Origin: Erysipelothrix larvae
GTDB lineage: Bacteria; Bacillota_I; Bacilli_A; Erysipelotrichales; Erysipelotrichaceae
Length of the DNA stretch: 32,000 nt
Reading direction: 5' to 3'
NCBI RefSeq assembly: GCF_001545095.1
Contig: NZ_CP013213.1
Coordinates: 750,001 to 782,000 of the forward strand
Below are positions 18,401 through 28,053 of this stretch, in pieces (the first letter of the stretch is position 1; every line of letters starts with the position of its first letter). Position numbers and translations under genes: made by a program. Below the pieces are notes generated by a model. It did not search any database and was not told the DNA's origin. It was given only the letters and a program-made list of their open reading frames with translations.

Positions 18401-19227
18401 GCTATGAGTATTCACCAAACTCACCTTTTTCATATACTGCGCTTAAAGATGTCAGTGTTGAAATTGAAGAAGGGAAAATGACCGCTATTATTGGGGCAAC
18501 AGGGAGTGGTAAATCAACCTTGATTCAGCATCTCAATGGTCTTCTTGAACCCACAAGTGGTTCAGTGAAGATTTTTGATCATGAGCTGGTTGCGAAACGA
18601 AAAAATAAAGGACTTAAAGCACTGCGCAAAGATGTAGGGCTAGTCTTTCAATTCCCTGAACTGCAACTATTTGAAGAAACAATCTATAAAGATGTATGCT
18701 TTGGACCCAAGAACTTTGGGATGAGTGAACAAGAAATTAAAGATAATGTTGAACGCGCATTGACCTTAGTAGGGATTGAAAACAGCCTTTGGCAACGCTC
18801 TCCCCTTGATTTATCAGGTGGGCAAAAGCGACGGGTCGCAATTGCAGGGGTACTTGCAACAAACCCACGCCTGATCGTATTGGACGAACCGACTGCTGGA
18901 TTGGATCCACAAGGGACACACAGTATGATGAACCTGTTTAAATCACTCAATGAAGATTTATCAAAGACCGTAATCATGGTAACCCATGATATGAACCATG
19001 TCTTAAAGTATTGCGACAATGTTGTTGTGATGCGCGAAGGACAGGTTTATTTTACAGGTACAACACAGTCATTGTTTGAAAATCCAAAACTCTTAGGCGA
19101 TTTAGGCTTTGTGATGCCTCAAATTATTACTCTGAACGAAATGGTGTTGGATAAAGGCTTCAAGATACACAAAACATGGGATCTTAAAAACCTCGTTGCC
19201 CAACTTGCACAGGAGGTGTCTCAATGA
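18376..19227 (+). CDS. ecfA2: ECF transporter energy-coupling ATPase A2
   Basis: GATGSGKST, LSGGQKRRVAIAG and IVLDEPTAGLDP motifs. The N-terminus MAIKFEQVSYEY is typical. It overlaps ecfA1 by 25 nt. Confidence 0.9.
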   Translation: MAIKFEQVSYEYSPNSPFSYTALKDVSVEIEEGKMTAIIGATGSGKSTLIQHLNGLLEPTSGSVKIFDHELVAKRKNKGLKALRKDVGLVFQFPELQLFEETIYKDVCFGPKNFGMSEQEIKDNVERALTLVGIENSLWQRSPLDLSGGQKRRVAIAGVLATNPRLIVLDEPTAGLDPQGTHSMMNLFKSLNEDLSKTVIMVTHDMNHVLKYCDNVVVMREGQVYFTGTTQSLFENPKLLGDLGFVMPQIITLNEMVLDKGFKIHKTWDLKNLVAQLAQEVSQ

Positions 19228-20039
19228 AAAATATCGCATTAGGACGCTATATTCCTCTAAATTCAATCGTTCATAAACTTGACCCTCGTATGAAAATCTG
19301 TTCCATGATTGTATTAATGACTTCAATTTTCTTAGTAGGAAAAGCCAATGCTTTGTATGCGTATGGTTTAATTGGACTCTTTCTTATCGTCGCAATTTTA
19401 TCGGCGAAACTTACCTTTGGGTTTATTCTTAAATCATTAAAACCCATGATGTTTATGTTAGTGTTTTTAACCATAATCAATATATTCCAAATGCGTACAG
19501 GACGCGTGCTTGTTTCGATTGGGGATTTTAAGATTTACAGTGACGCTTTGACGCAAACATTATTTATTGTTGTTAGACTGGTTTTCATGATTATGATCAC
19601 AACCCTTCTTACCGCAACCACAACTCCTTTGGACTTAACCTTGGGAATTGAAGATTTACTGTCACCCTTTAAGAAAATGGGGGTGCCAGCTCATGAAATC
19701 GCCATGATGATTTCAATTGCACTGCGCTTTATTCCAATCCTAATTGAAGACACACAACGCATCATGAACGCACAATCAAGCCGAGGTGTGGATTTCAAAG
19801 AAGGCAGCTTCAAAGAAAAAATACTGGGTGTTGTCTCATTGATTATTCCACTGTTTGTATCTGTACTACACCGTGCTGAAGATCTTGCGGATTCAATGGA
19901 AGCACGAGGCTATTATCCAGGACTAAACCGCACACGGTATAAACAACTCTCGATTAAGTTTATGGATCTCTTTGTCTTTGTATTGTGTATCGCACTGTGT
20001 GTGGGCGTCTTTATGATTCGTAGGATTCCCGTTCTATGA
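19224..20039 (+). CDS. ecfT: ECF transporter transmembrane component T
   Basis: Polytopic membrane protein with the conserved ARG motifs (AQSSRG, MEARGY). ATGA overlap with ecfA2 and a GGAGGTG RBS. Confidence 0.9.
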   Translation: MKNIALGRYIPLNSIVHKLDPRMKICSMIVLMTSIFLVGKANALYAYGLIGLFLIVAILSAKLTFGFILKSLKPMMFMLVFLTIINIFQMRTGRVLVSIGDFKIYSDALTQTLFIVVRLVFMIMITTLLTATTTPLDLTLGIEDLLSPFKKMGVPAHEIAMMISIALRFIPILIEDTQRIMNAQSSRGVDFKEGSFKEKILGVVSLIIPLFVSVLHRAEDLADSMEARGYYPGLNRTRYKQLSIKFMDLFVFVLCIALCVGVFMIRRIPVL

Positions 20040-20776
20040 GAGTCAAAGTGACCCTTGCATATGATGGATCAGACTTTGATGGATGGCAAAAGCAACACCA
20101 TGGCAGAACCATTCAAGGCGAACTTGAAAAGATTTTGAAGAAAATCCATAAACATGATGTCAAAGTGGTTGGATCAGGGAGAACCGATGCTGGCGTCCAT
20201 GCTTTAGGACAAGTCTTCCATTTTGATACAGATCTTATGATTCCTAATGATAAATGGCCTCTTGCCATCAATGCACTGTGTCCAGATGATCTTCGCATTA
20301 TCAAAGTCCAATCCGTTGATGAAACCTTTCATGCTCGATACAGTGCGGTTCAAAAGACGTATCAGTATCAGGTCAATGTTGGAGCTTACAATCTTTTTCA
20401 ACGAAAAATGGTCTATCAATTAAATGCCTCAGTTGATCTTGACCTGATACAGGAAGCAGCTAGCTTATTAATTGGAACTCATGACTTCACAAGTTTTAAT
20501 GCAACATCACACGAAGAAATTGAAGATCAAGTGCGCACAATCCATGCCATTGATATCAATCAAGAGGGGGATATCATTACCTTTACCCTAAAAGGCAGTG
20601 GGTTTTTACGCTATATGGTGCGTATGATTGTTGCGTCACTTCTTGAAGTTGGGCGGCATCGTTTACCAATAAACGCTTTGAGTTATGCACTCAAGCATCC
20701 CGATAAACGGGCATTAAATAGTAACGTGCCTGCTTGCGGACTTACCTTAATTTCTGTACACTACGAACTCTTATGA
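20036..20776 (+). CDS. truA: tRNA pseudouridine(38-40) synthase
   Basis: YDGSDFDGWQKQ, GSGRTDAGVHALGQV and GSGFLRYMVRMIV motifs. ATGA overlap with ecfT. Confidence 0.92.
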   Translation: MRVKVTLAYDGSDFDGWQKQHHGRTIQGELEKILKKIHKHDVKVVGSGRTDAGVHALGQVFHFDTDLMIPNDKWPLAINALCPDDLRIIKVQSVDETFHARYSAVQKTYQYQVNVGAYNLFQRKMVYQLNASVDLDLIQEAASLLIGTHDFTSFNATSHEEIEDQVRTIHAIDINQEGDIITFTLKGSGFLRYMVRMIVASLLEVGRHRLPINALSYALKHPDKRALNSNVPACGLTLISVHYELL

Positions 20777-20790
20777 TGAGTTCTTTTTTT
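20765..20790 (+). terminator. rho-independent terminator overlapping the truA stop
   Basis: gaactc-ttatgat-gagttc stem followed by TTTTTTT. The stop codon TGA sits in the loop. Confidence 0.7.
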
Positions 20791-20830
20791 ACAAGAAACG
20801 GTTATAATAAGAAGAAAAGGAGTGATGGGT

Positions 20831-21955
20831 ATGAAGTACTTCCACATTGCGGATTTACACTTAGGTAAAAAGATCAATGAACGCTCAATGCATGATGATC
20901 AAGAATGGATTCTTAATCAAATCGTTACACAAGCAAAAACACATCAAGTGGATGGTGTGATTATCGCAGGTGATATCTATGATCGCAGTATTCCACCGGT
21001 GGAATCTGTAAAACTGTTTGAACACTTTTTAGAAAGTTTAAAAGGTGTTGTTGATGCAATCTATATTATTGCAGGAAATCATGATTCCCAAGAACGCCTA
21101 TCTTTTGGGTCAACATTCTTTAAAAAAGAAAACATCTACATCAGTGGGCTTTATGAAGGATCGCTGGTTAAAGTCGATGCGAAAGATGATGTAACAATCT
21201 ATTTGTTACCATTTATTAGACCCCATATGGTGCGCCAATATTTTACACAAGAAATTAGTAATTATCATCAAGCAGTGGATGCAATCTTAAATCAAGAAAT
21301 CCTGGATTCATCCCGCTTTAATATCCTTGTCGCCCACCAATTTATCGTAAGTGGGACTCAAGAACCCCTGCGATCGGACTCAGAAACCATCAGTGTTGGC
21401 GGTGTAGACTCTGTGGATGCCAGTGTATTTGATGCCTTTGACTATGTCGCTTTAGGGCACATTCATCGCCCCCAGTCGATTCAACGAAAAACCATTCGAT
21501 ATGCCGGATCACCCCTTGTCTATTCACAATCGGAAGTAAATCAAGAAAAGTCCATCACACTGTTAGAAATCATGGATAAAACCCTCACACAAGAAACAAT
21601 ACCCCTTGTTCCGATTCGTCCAGTTAAGGTGATAAAAGGTCACTTTAGTGACATCGTTCAATCTGAGTACACCCTCGACTATGTTTATTTGGAACTAGAA
21701 GATACCCAAGAAATCACCGATGCATCCATGCGACTTAGGCAAGTGTTTCCAAATGTTTTATCCATCCGATACCTTTACACACAATCACTCACAAGCTCCA
21801 GTGAAACCCTGGAAATTAGCCGAGTGGAAGACTTATCCATGGCTTCACTATTTGACGCCTTTTACCAAACACAAAACAATCATGAAATGAGTGGTGAACA
21901 AAAGAAACTCATCGATTCATTGATTGAACAAGGAGATGCACATGCGACCAATTAA
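20831..21955 (+). CDS. sbcD: exonuclease SbcCD, nuclease subunit D (Mre11-like)
   Basis: MKYFHIADLHLG, AGDIYD, GNHD and GHIH metallophosphoesterase motifs. The ATG at 20831 is 8 nt after AAAGGAG; the ORF-track GTG at 20822 overlaps the RBS. Confidence 0.85.
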   Translation: MKYFHIADLHLGKKINERSMHDDQEWILNQIVTQAKTHQVDGVIIAGDIYDRSIPPVESVKLFEHFLESLKGVVDAIYIIAGNHDSQERLSFGSTFFKKENIYISGLYEGSLVKVDAKDDVTIYLLPFIRPHMVRQYFTQEISNYHQAVDAILNQEILDSSRFNILVAHQFIVSGTQEPLRSDSETISVGGVDSVDASVFDAFDYVALGHIHRPQSIQRKTIRYAGSPLVYSQSEVNQEKSITLLEIMDKTLTQETIPLVPIRPVKVIKGHFSDIVQSEYTLDYVYLELEDTQEITDASMRLRQVFPNVLSIRYLYTQSLTSSSETLEISRVEDLSMASLFDAFYQTQNNHEMSGEQKKLIDSLIEQGDAHATN

Positions 21956-24900
21956 TCTTACAATTTCTGCATTTGGTCCCTACAAAGACACAGTGAGCGT
22001 CGATTTTGATTGCTTTCGTCAAGGACTCTTTCTGATATCGGGTGATACGGGTTCAGGGAAAACATCCCTTTTTGATGCCATGACCTTTGCTTTATATGGA
22101 GAAGCCAGTGGTAAAGATCGCAGTGTAAAATCATTTCGAAGTCATTATGCGACCTCTGATGATAAAACAGAAGTAACCCTAAAATTCGAGCACCAAGGGA
22201 AGGTGTATATCATTACACGCTCACCCAGCTATATGCGCTTAAAAAAATCAGGAGAGGGGTTAACCCAAGAAGCAGCTTCGGTTCTTTTAGAAATGCCAAA
22301 TGGCCACACACTTTCCAAGCGCAATGAAGTCGACGAGGCGATTTTGGATTTATTAGGGTTAACCTATACACAATTTAAACACGTTGCCTTGTTACCACAA
22401 GGTGAGTTTAAAGATGTTTTATTGGCGAAATCACAAGAGCGCTCTGAATTATTTCGCAAGATCTTTTCAACATCGAAATACAACACACTCCAACAAGACC
22501 TCAGCACCTTAGAACAAGAAACTAAATTTGAGCTATCGATTATCGAGAAAAGCCTTGAATCACTGTATCATCAAGTGAGTGTTGAGACTCAAGATCGAAC
22601 CCCAAAAACACTTGTAGAAGCACTCAATACGCAAATTGAAGCAACGCACAAGCACATTGAGGGTCTCGATAAGTGCATAAATGACGTGAAATCAGTGGAA
22701 GAAAAAGCAAAAACAGCCTTAACACTGGCTGAGATTGAAGCAGATAAACGCACGCAACTTAACCAAAAACTGCTTGAAGCCAAACAACTTGAAGCACAGG
22801 AAAACACAATTAATGCATGGAAGGTGTTGAATGAGAAGATTGATATTGCACAGAAAACATTGGGTGAAGATGCATTAATCATTCGTACCTTAAAACAGAC
22901 GCTGTCTCAAAATACTAATACGATTCAACAGTACCAAAAAGAAATGCTTGGTACACAAGCAATTACGCAAAAAAACAAAGAAGCGCTGGAATCATTCACA
23001 CAACAAGCACCACAAATTCAAGAAGAAATATTGAAGGTAGATCGTCTCAAGACCATGGTTCCTGATCTTGAAACAATTCAAACACTTACGTCTTTGATGG
23101 CTCAAGGGGAAAAGAAACAGAAAGATTTTGAATCAGTGTTGAATCAAATGCTGTTGCAAGAAAAAACAAAAAAAGAAGCAATTGAAACCGTACGGGAAAA
23201 GAAAGAAACGCATCCAAAACTTGTAGCCTTGCATCAAGAAAATGAACGATCACTTCAAGAAATGAAGCATGCATTTACCCGTCATGAGCACTTAGAACGG
23301 ATGCAACAGTCGCTTATAACCCTTCAATCAAAACAGCCCCTAATCACACATGTTTATGAATCCATACGACGGCTAGACACAACCATGAATCAAGCATATC
23401 GCAACCGATTGGATCAATTTCTCGATCAACAAGCAGGTTACATTGCGAGAACACTCAAAGACAATGAACCCTGTCCTGTCTGTGGTTCAACACACCACCC
23501 CCATCCTGCACACAAACCTGATGATGAGAGTGTAGATCAGCAAACCATCGATACCATGATGCAGTTTTCAAATGCCGTGTCTGAATTGAGAAATCAAACC
23601 GCTCAAAGTATGAATAATATTCAAAAGGACACACAAACCCTGATTAATACACTTAACGCAGTGTCAAAAACGATAGCTGAACCCAAAGAAGTATTAACTC
23701 AAAAACTTGAAGCGTTAACCCTTCAACAACAAACCCTAACACAAGCAATCAATCAGTCTTCTGAAATCATTGCGTCACTACCAAGCATTAATCAGGAATT
23801 GGAAGTCTTATCCCAATCAATTTCCCAAACCGAACACGCACTTCAAGCACAACGCATTGAAAATGCTACCTATGAAACAGATCTTAAAACACTCAATCAG
23901 CGGGTAGGGGATTATGATATCAAGGCAGTAAATCAAGAAATCAAGATGCTTGAACTTAAGCATGAAACCTATCAAAAAGATCTCAACCAAACACAAACTA
24001 CCTACGATCAATCGAAGTCAAATCTTGAACGCATTGATACATTAAGTCGTCAACTTAATGATACAATCAAAAAAGATACACAGACCCTTGATACCCTTGA
24101 AGCACAGTTTGTACACAGTGTCATACACGCTGGATTTGAAGATCTTTCGGATTATGAGAATACCATGACAAAAGCGCCTGAATATGATGCAAATAAACAA
24201 AGAATCCATGAGTTCGAAACAACACGACTCAAAGTAACTCAAGCCATACAGAGTCTTGAACAAGACCTAAAAGATGCGAAACATGAGAATCTAGAAGATC
24301 TTAAAACACTGATTGAGAATACTAAAAATCAATTGACTCAATTGAACAATGAATTACGAACGAATCATTCAACCTATGATCAATTAAAACGTCTGTATGA
24401 TGATATCCTAAAAAAACAACGCCAATACGACACGCAAGCGCATCATTTTGACATGATATCAAATCTTTCTAAAACCGCAAACGGTCGTCTTAAAGGTGCG
24501 CTTAGAGTATCCTTTGAACTGTATGTTCAATCCGCTTACTTTAACAAGATTCTCATCTATGCAAATCAAAGACTTGCGGCAATGAGTGATGGACGGTATC
24601 AACTGTTTAGAAAAGAAGACTATGACGATAAACGTCCAACTGTTGGCTTGGATTTAGAAGTCTTTGATGCCTATACGGGTATGAGACGTGATGTTTCGAC
24701 TTTATCAGGAGGTGAAATGTTTAAAGCTTCTTTAGCGATGGCATTAGGGTTATCCGATGTCATCCAAAGTATGTCAGGTGGTATTGAAATTGACATGCTT
24801 TTTGTCGATGAAGGCTTTGGCTCACTGGACCAAGAATCATTAAATCAAGCCATCAACACCCTTATCGAACTCTCTGAAAACCATCGCCTTGTGGGTATAA

Positions 24901-24992
24901 TTTCACACCTTCAAGAACTGAAACAACAAATCGATCAACAAATTATCATTCAAAAATCCCCGACTGGAAGCAAACTACAACAACGTGTATAA
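21942..24992 (+). CDS. sbcC: exonuclease SbcCD, ATPase subunit C (Rad50-like)
   Basis: The start MRPINLTISAFGPYKD follows AGGAG. Walker A is GDTGSGKTS. A long coiled coil carries a central CPVCGS zinc hook. The C-terminus has LSGGE signature and LFVDEGFGSLD Walker B motifs. It overlaps sbcD by 14 nt. Confidence 0.85.
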   Translation: MRPINLTISAFGPYKDTVSVDFDCFRQGLFLISGDTGSGKTSLFDAMTFALYGEASGKDRSVKSFRSHYATSDDKTEVTLKFEHQGKVYIITRSPSYMRLKKSGEGLTQEAASVLLEMPNGHTLSKRNEVDEAILDLLGLTYTQFKHVALLPQGEFKDVLLAKSQERSELFRKIFSTSKYNTLQQDLSTLEQETKFELSIIEKSLESLYHQVSVETQDRTPKTLVEALNTQIEATHKHIEGLDKCINDVKSVEEKAKTALTLAEIEADKRTQLNQKLLEAKQLEAQENTINAWKVLNEKIDIAQKTLGEDALIIRTLKQTLSQNTNTIQQYQKEMLGTQAITQKNKEALESFTQQAPQIQEEILKVDRLKTMVPDLETIQTLTSLMAQGEKKQKDFESVLNQMLLQEKTKKEAIETVREKKETHPKLVALHQENERSLQEMKHAFTRHEHLERMQQSLITLQSKQPLITHVYESIRRLDTTMNQAYRNRLDQFLDQQAGYIARTLKDNEPCPVCGSTHHPHPAHKPDDESVDQQTIDTMMQFSNAVSELRNQTAQSMNNIQKDTQTLINTLNAVSKTIAEPKEVLTQKLEALTLQQQTLTQAINQSSEIIASLPSINQELEVLSQSISQTEHALQAQRIENATYETDLKTLNQRVGDYDIKAVNQEIKMLELKHETYQKDLNQTQTTYDQSKSNLERIDTLSRQLNDTIKKDTQTLDTLEAQFVHSVIHAGFEDLSDYENTMTKAPEYDANKQRIHEFETTRLKVTQAIQSLEQDLKDAKHENLEDLKTLIENTKNQLTQLNNELRTNHSTYDQLKRLYDDILKKQRQYDTQAHHFDMISNLSKTANGRLKGALRVSFELYVQSAYFNKILIYANQRLAAMSDGRYQLFRKEDYDDKRPTVGLDLEVFDAYTGMRRDVSTLSGGEMFKASLAMALGLSDVIQSMSGGIEIDMLFVDEGFGSLDQESLNQAINTLIELSENHRLVGIISHLQELKQQIDQQIIIQKSPTGSKLQQRV

Positions 24993-25013
24993 CATCACGT
25001 AGGAGTCATTGTT

Positions 25014-26744
25014 ATGAAACCAATCCTAAATGCTTACCCGCGTCCCAAAATGGTCCGTGATCATTGGATAAACTTAAATGGACTCTGGGATTTCAAACTG
25101 AATGAAACCCCCACATATCAAGCCACATTTGATACATGCATCTGTGTGCCCTTTTGTGTTGAATCCCAACAATCCCTTGTACAAAAGCGCGTTGAACCCC
25201 AGCACTTTATGCATTATCGAAAATTCGTGAATCTGAATATTGATGATGATGCTTGTGTGATCCTTCATTTTGGTGCAGTCGATCAAACGGTTGATATCTT
25301 TATAAACAAACAGCATATTAAGCGCCACAGTGGGGGATATGCATCCTTTGATGTAGATATTACACCTTACGTGATTCATGGCAACAATGAGCTCTATTGT
25401 GTCGTTAATGACAAAACAGAAGCATCACCCTTAAGTAGAGGTAAACAACGACTCAACAATACTGGATCAATGCGTCATATTTTTTATACGCCGTGTAGTG
25501 GGATCTGGCAAACTGTATGGCTTGAGATTGTTCCTATTGATCACATCAAGGATATTGTTTTCGATCCAGACTTTGATACCAAGACAGTATCAATGTGTAT
25601 CAATACGCAAAGGGATGCGGAAATCAGGATGTCAATTCATGTTGATGACACCCTCATTCATACCGATACGATTGTTTCAAATACACCCCATTCCATCACA
25701 TTTAAAGACATCCACCCATGGACCCCCGATACCCCAAATCTTTATAAAGTACATCTAGATTACAAAGGGGACTGTGTTCAAACCTATTTCGCATTTCGCA
25801 AAATATCCATCGTCCATGATGCAAAGGGTACGAAGCGTTTTGCACTCAATAATACCCCCATCTTTATGAGTGGTGTTCTTGATCAGGGATATTGGCCAAC
25901 ATCACTGTTGACACCACCTCATGATGAGGCATTGTTACACGATATCAAGCAAATGAAAGCAGCTGGATTTAATACCATTCGCAAACACGTTAAAGTCGAA
26001 TGCGAACAATTCTATGCTTTGTGTGACACCATGGGAATGCTTGTATGGCAAGACATGCCCAATGGGGGAGATGATTACAACTTTGGTCTTGTATCCTATC
26101 TTCCAAATCTATCCGATACACTCTCACGACATATTAAAGACCACCACTATTCACGCTTTAAACGCAGTGATGAAATGGGAAGACAGATGTATTATCAAGA
26201 ACTTACGGATATGGTTTTAAAACTGAAACATTATCCATCGATTGTTGTATGGGTGCCTTTTAATGAAGGGTGGGGTCAATTTGATGCAACCCAGGCTACA
26301 CACCTCATTAAATCTTTAGACTCAACACGCCTTGTGAATGAAGCCTGTGGATGGTTTGATCAAGGGGGTGGGGATATTTACACCATTCATTCCTATTTCA
26401 AACCCTATCATGCCAAACCCAAAGATCGTGTGGTCTGTTTGAGTGAATTTGGTGGGCAAGCACTCGTCATCCCAAATCACACGGTTTCTGATAAGAAGTT
26501 TGGCTATAAAATGTTGAATCAAGAAACGGCTCATGAATCCCTTGAAAAACTTTATCATTCAAAAGTCATTCGTAACATTAAACACGGCTTATCTGCATCA
26601 ATCTATACGCAACTCAGTGATGTCGAAGCTGAAGTCAATGGACTGATGACCTATGATCGAACGGTCTTTAAATTCGACCTCAAACGCATACAAGCCATCA
26701 ATCAAATCATTTATGATACGTTTGACTTACTCATGAACCCATAA
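25014..26744 (+). CDS. glycoside hydrolase family 2 protein, cytoplasmic, specificity unknown
   Basis: GH2 N-terminal sugar-binding pattern (YPRPKMVRDHWINLNGLWDF), a TIM-barrel part with the candidate acid/base motif PFNEGWGQ and candidate nucleophile motif LSEFGG. No signal peptide. AGGAG RBS 21 nt after sbcC. Confidence 0.85.
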   Translation: MKPILNAYPRPKMVRDHWINLNGLWDFKLNETPTYQATFDTCICVPFCVESQQSLVQKRVEPQHFMHYRKFVNLNIDDDACVILHFGAVDQTVDIFINKQHIKRHSGGYASFDVDITPYVIHGNNELYCVVNDKTEASPLSRGKQRLNNTGSMRHIFYTPCSGIWQTVWLEIVPIDHIKDIVFDPDFDTKTVSMCINTQRDAEIRMSIHVDDTLIHTDTIVSNTPHSITFKDIHPWTPDTPNLYKVHLDYKGDCVQTYFAFRKISIVHDAKGTKRFALNNTPIFMSGVLDQGYWPTSLLTPPHDEALLHDIKQMKAAGFNTIRKHVKVECEQFYALCDTMGMLVWQDMPNGGDDYNFGLVSYLPNLSDTLSRHIKDHHYSRFKRSDEMGRQMYYQELTDMVLKLKHYPSIVVWVPFNEGWGQFDATQATHLIKSLDSTRLVNEACGWFDQGGGDIYTIHSYFKPYHAKPKDRVVCLSEFGGQALVIPNHTVSDKKFGYKMLNQETAHESLEKLYHSKVIRNIKHGLSASIYTQLSDVEAEVNGLMTYDRTVFKFDLKRIQAINQIIYDTFDLLMNP

Positions 26745-27270
26745 CTTTCCAGGTGATATCAACAGTTCTATTTTCGATAATTACCATACGATGAAAATAA
26801 GGACAATTTGTGCATTGAATTCAAGAAAGATATCTAGGAAAAATGATTTTGTCCACCAAAGCTCTTAGCGTTTTTGAGTTACACTCACATTTCATCCAAT
26901 GATTCCAAAAATGAAACAAGGGGAGTGTATGATACAAACGGATAAACCCATGACGTCTGCATTCTATTTGAACCATTAAAAACCCTGTAGAAGCAATTAA
27001 AACCATCTTTGACTAAATACAACACCCCATGAATGGATTTTAAAAATGTATGAAACGAAATCTGTGGTGAATCATGTGCAAGATGATAAGCACTGTGTTT
27101 CTTAAGATGCTTCACCAGGACAGTTTTAGTGGATATACGGGAATCAATTTGAGCTGATTTTGAAGAGACATCGCGTGTCTCATGATTGAAAACAAGACAA
27201 TGCTTGCTTTGTGTCCTGTTCTTGTTCACCTGCATCGTTTATTCTTTAGATACAAGGAGGTCTACCGATT

Positions 27271-27801
27271 ATGAATCAACAAAAAATTGGAGAATTTCTA
27301 AAGAGACTTCGCCAGGAAAAGGCGCTTACCCAAGAACAATTTTCAGAACTGCTGAATGTTTCCCGCAGAACCGTCTCCCGTTGGGAAACTGGAAGCAATT
27401 TGCCTGATATAAGTATTCTAATTGAACTTGCTGATTTCTTTGAAGTAGATCTCCGAGAAATACTTGACGGAGAAAGGAAAAGCGAGAGAATGAACAAAGA
27501 ATTAGAAGAAACTGTTCACAAGGTGGTCGATTACAGCAAGACGCAGCAAGAGAAGCTGAATAAACGAATGCACCTACTTTTTATGATGGGACTCATGACA
27601 TTTCTCATCTTTTGTGCCATGTATTTTGGGAAGATTGATAGCAAGACTAGGACCTATGAGCATGTTTCTGGGTTTTTACTTGGGGTGTCCCTAGGTGTAA
27701 TGATCATCGGTGTGATGATGACCAGTAAATTTTCATCACAAATTCGAAACTATAAAATGAGAATTCTCCAGCATAGAAGGACGGACAACTATGAAAAATA
27801 A
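27271..27801 (+). CDS. membrane-anchored XRE-family helix-turn-helix transcriptional regulator
   Basis: AAGGAGG RBS. N-terminal Cro/C1-type HTH (LRQEKALTQEQFSELLNVSRRTVSRWETGSNLPDISILIELADFFEVDLREIL), followed by two hydrophobic helices (LLFMMGLMTFLIFCAMYFG and FLLGVSLGVMIIGVMMT). Confidence 0.85.
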   Translation: MNQQKIGEFLKRLRQEKALTQEQFSELLNVSRRTVSRWETGSNLPDISILIELADFFEVDLREILDGERKSERMNKELEETVHKVVDYSKTQQEKLNKRMHLLFMMGLMTFLIFCAMYFGKIDSKTRTYEHVSGFLLGVSLGVMIIGVMMTSKFSSQIRNYKMRILQHRRTDNYEK

Positions 27802-27967
27802 CTGTGATATATTCATGAGAATAGGTTTCTTAATTAATGGTGCATTACTGATCACCAACCGGTTTATTAAAGAGGTTAGCGATGGGGTTGCGATACCCAT
27901 TATGGGAGTTGGAATTGCGTGTATGTTTCTGGGGTTTTATAAAAACCTATCAAGGGAAAAACATTAA
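27791..27967 (+). CDS. 58-aa two-TM small membrane protein, not in the supplied ORF track (below its size cut-off)
   Basis: My own translation is MKNNCDIFMRIGFLINGALLITNRFIKEVSDGVAIPIMGVGIACMFLGFYKNLSREKH. The ATG overlaps the XRE stop (ATGAAAAATAA). GAAGGA lies about 10 nt upstream. A terminator follows. Confidence 0.5.
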   Translation: MKNNCDIFMRIGFLINGALLITNRFIKEVSDGVAIPIMGVGIACMFLGFYKNLSREKH

Positions 27968-28026
27968 ACGATAAAGAATCAATACATGTCCAATAGGGTG
28001 GTCGGTAATACGCAGTTTTACCCACT

Positions 28027-28053
28027 AAAAAAGCATCACGATTGATGCTTTTT
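28027..28053 (+). terminator. rho-independent terminator after the XRE / small-ORF pair
   Basis: An A-run, then a gcatc-acgatt-gatgc stem, then TTTTT. It could act in both directions. Confidence 0.65.

Noticed and set aside
20781-20808. Possible sbcD promoter (TATAAT at 20803-20808).
   Set aside because: There is no acceptable -35 at 16-18 nt. The implied leader would start at the RBS. It also overlaps the truA terminator T-run, so I left it unannotated.
21924-21941. Longer sbcC start (MNKEMH...). The same issue applies to the GTG at 20822 for sbcD.
   Set aside because: The SD sequences are positioned for the internal ATGs at 21942 and 20831. The conserved N-termini start there.
27186-27407. 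A 73-aa + strand ORF overlapping the XRE gene in another frame.
   Set aside because: The XRE frame has a clear HTH motif and a strong RBS. The alternative frame has neither.
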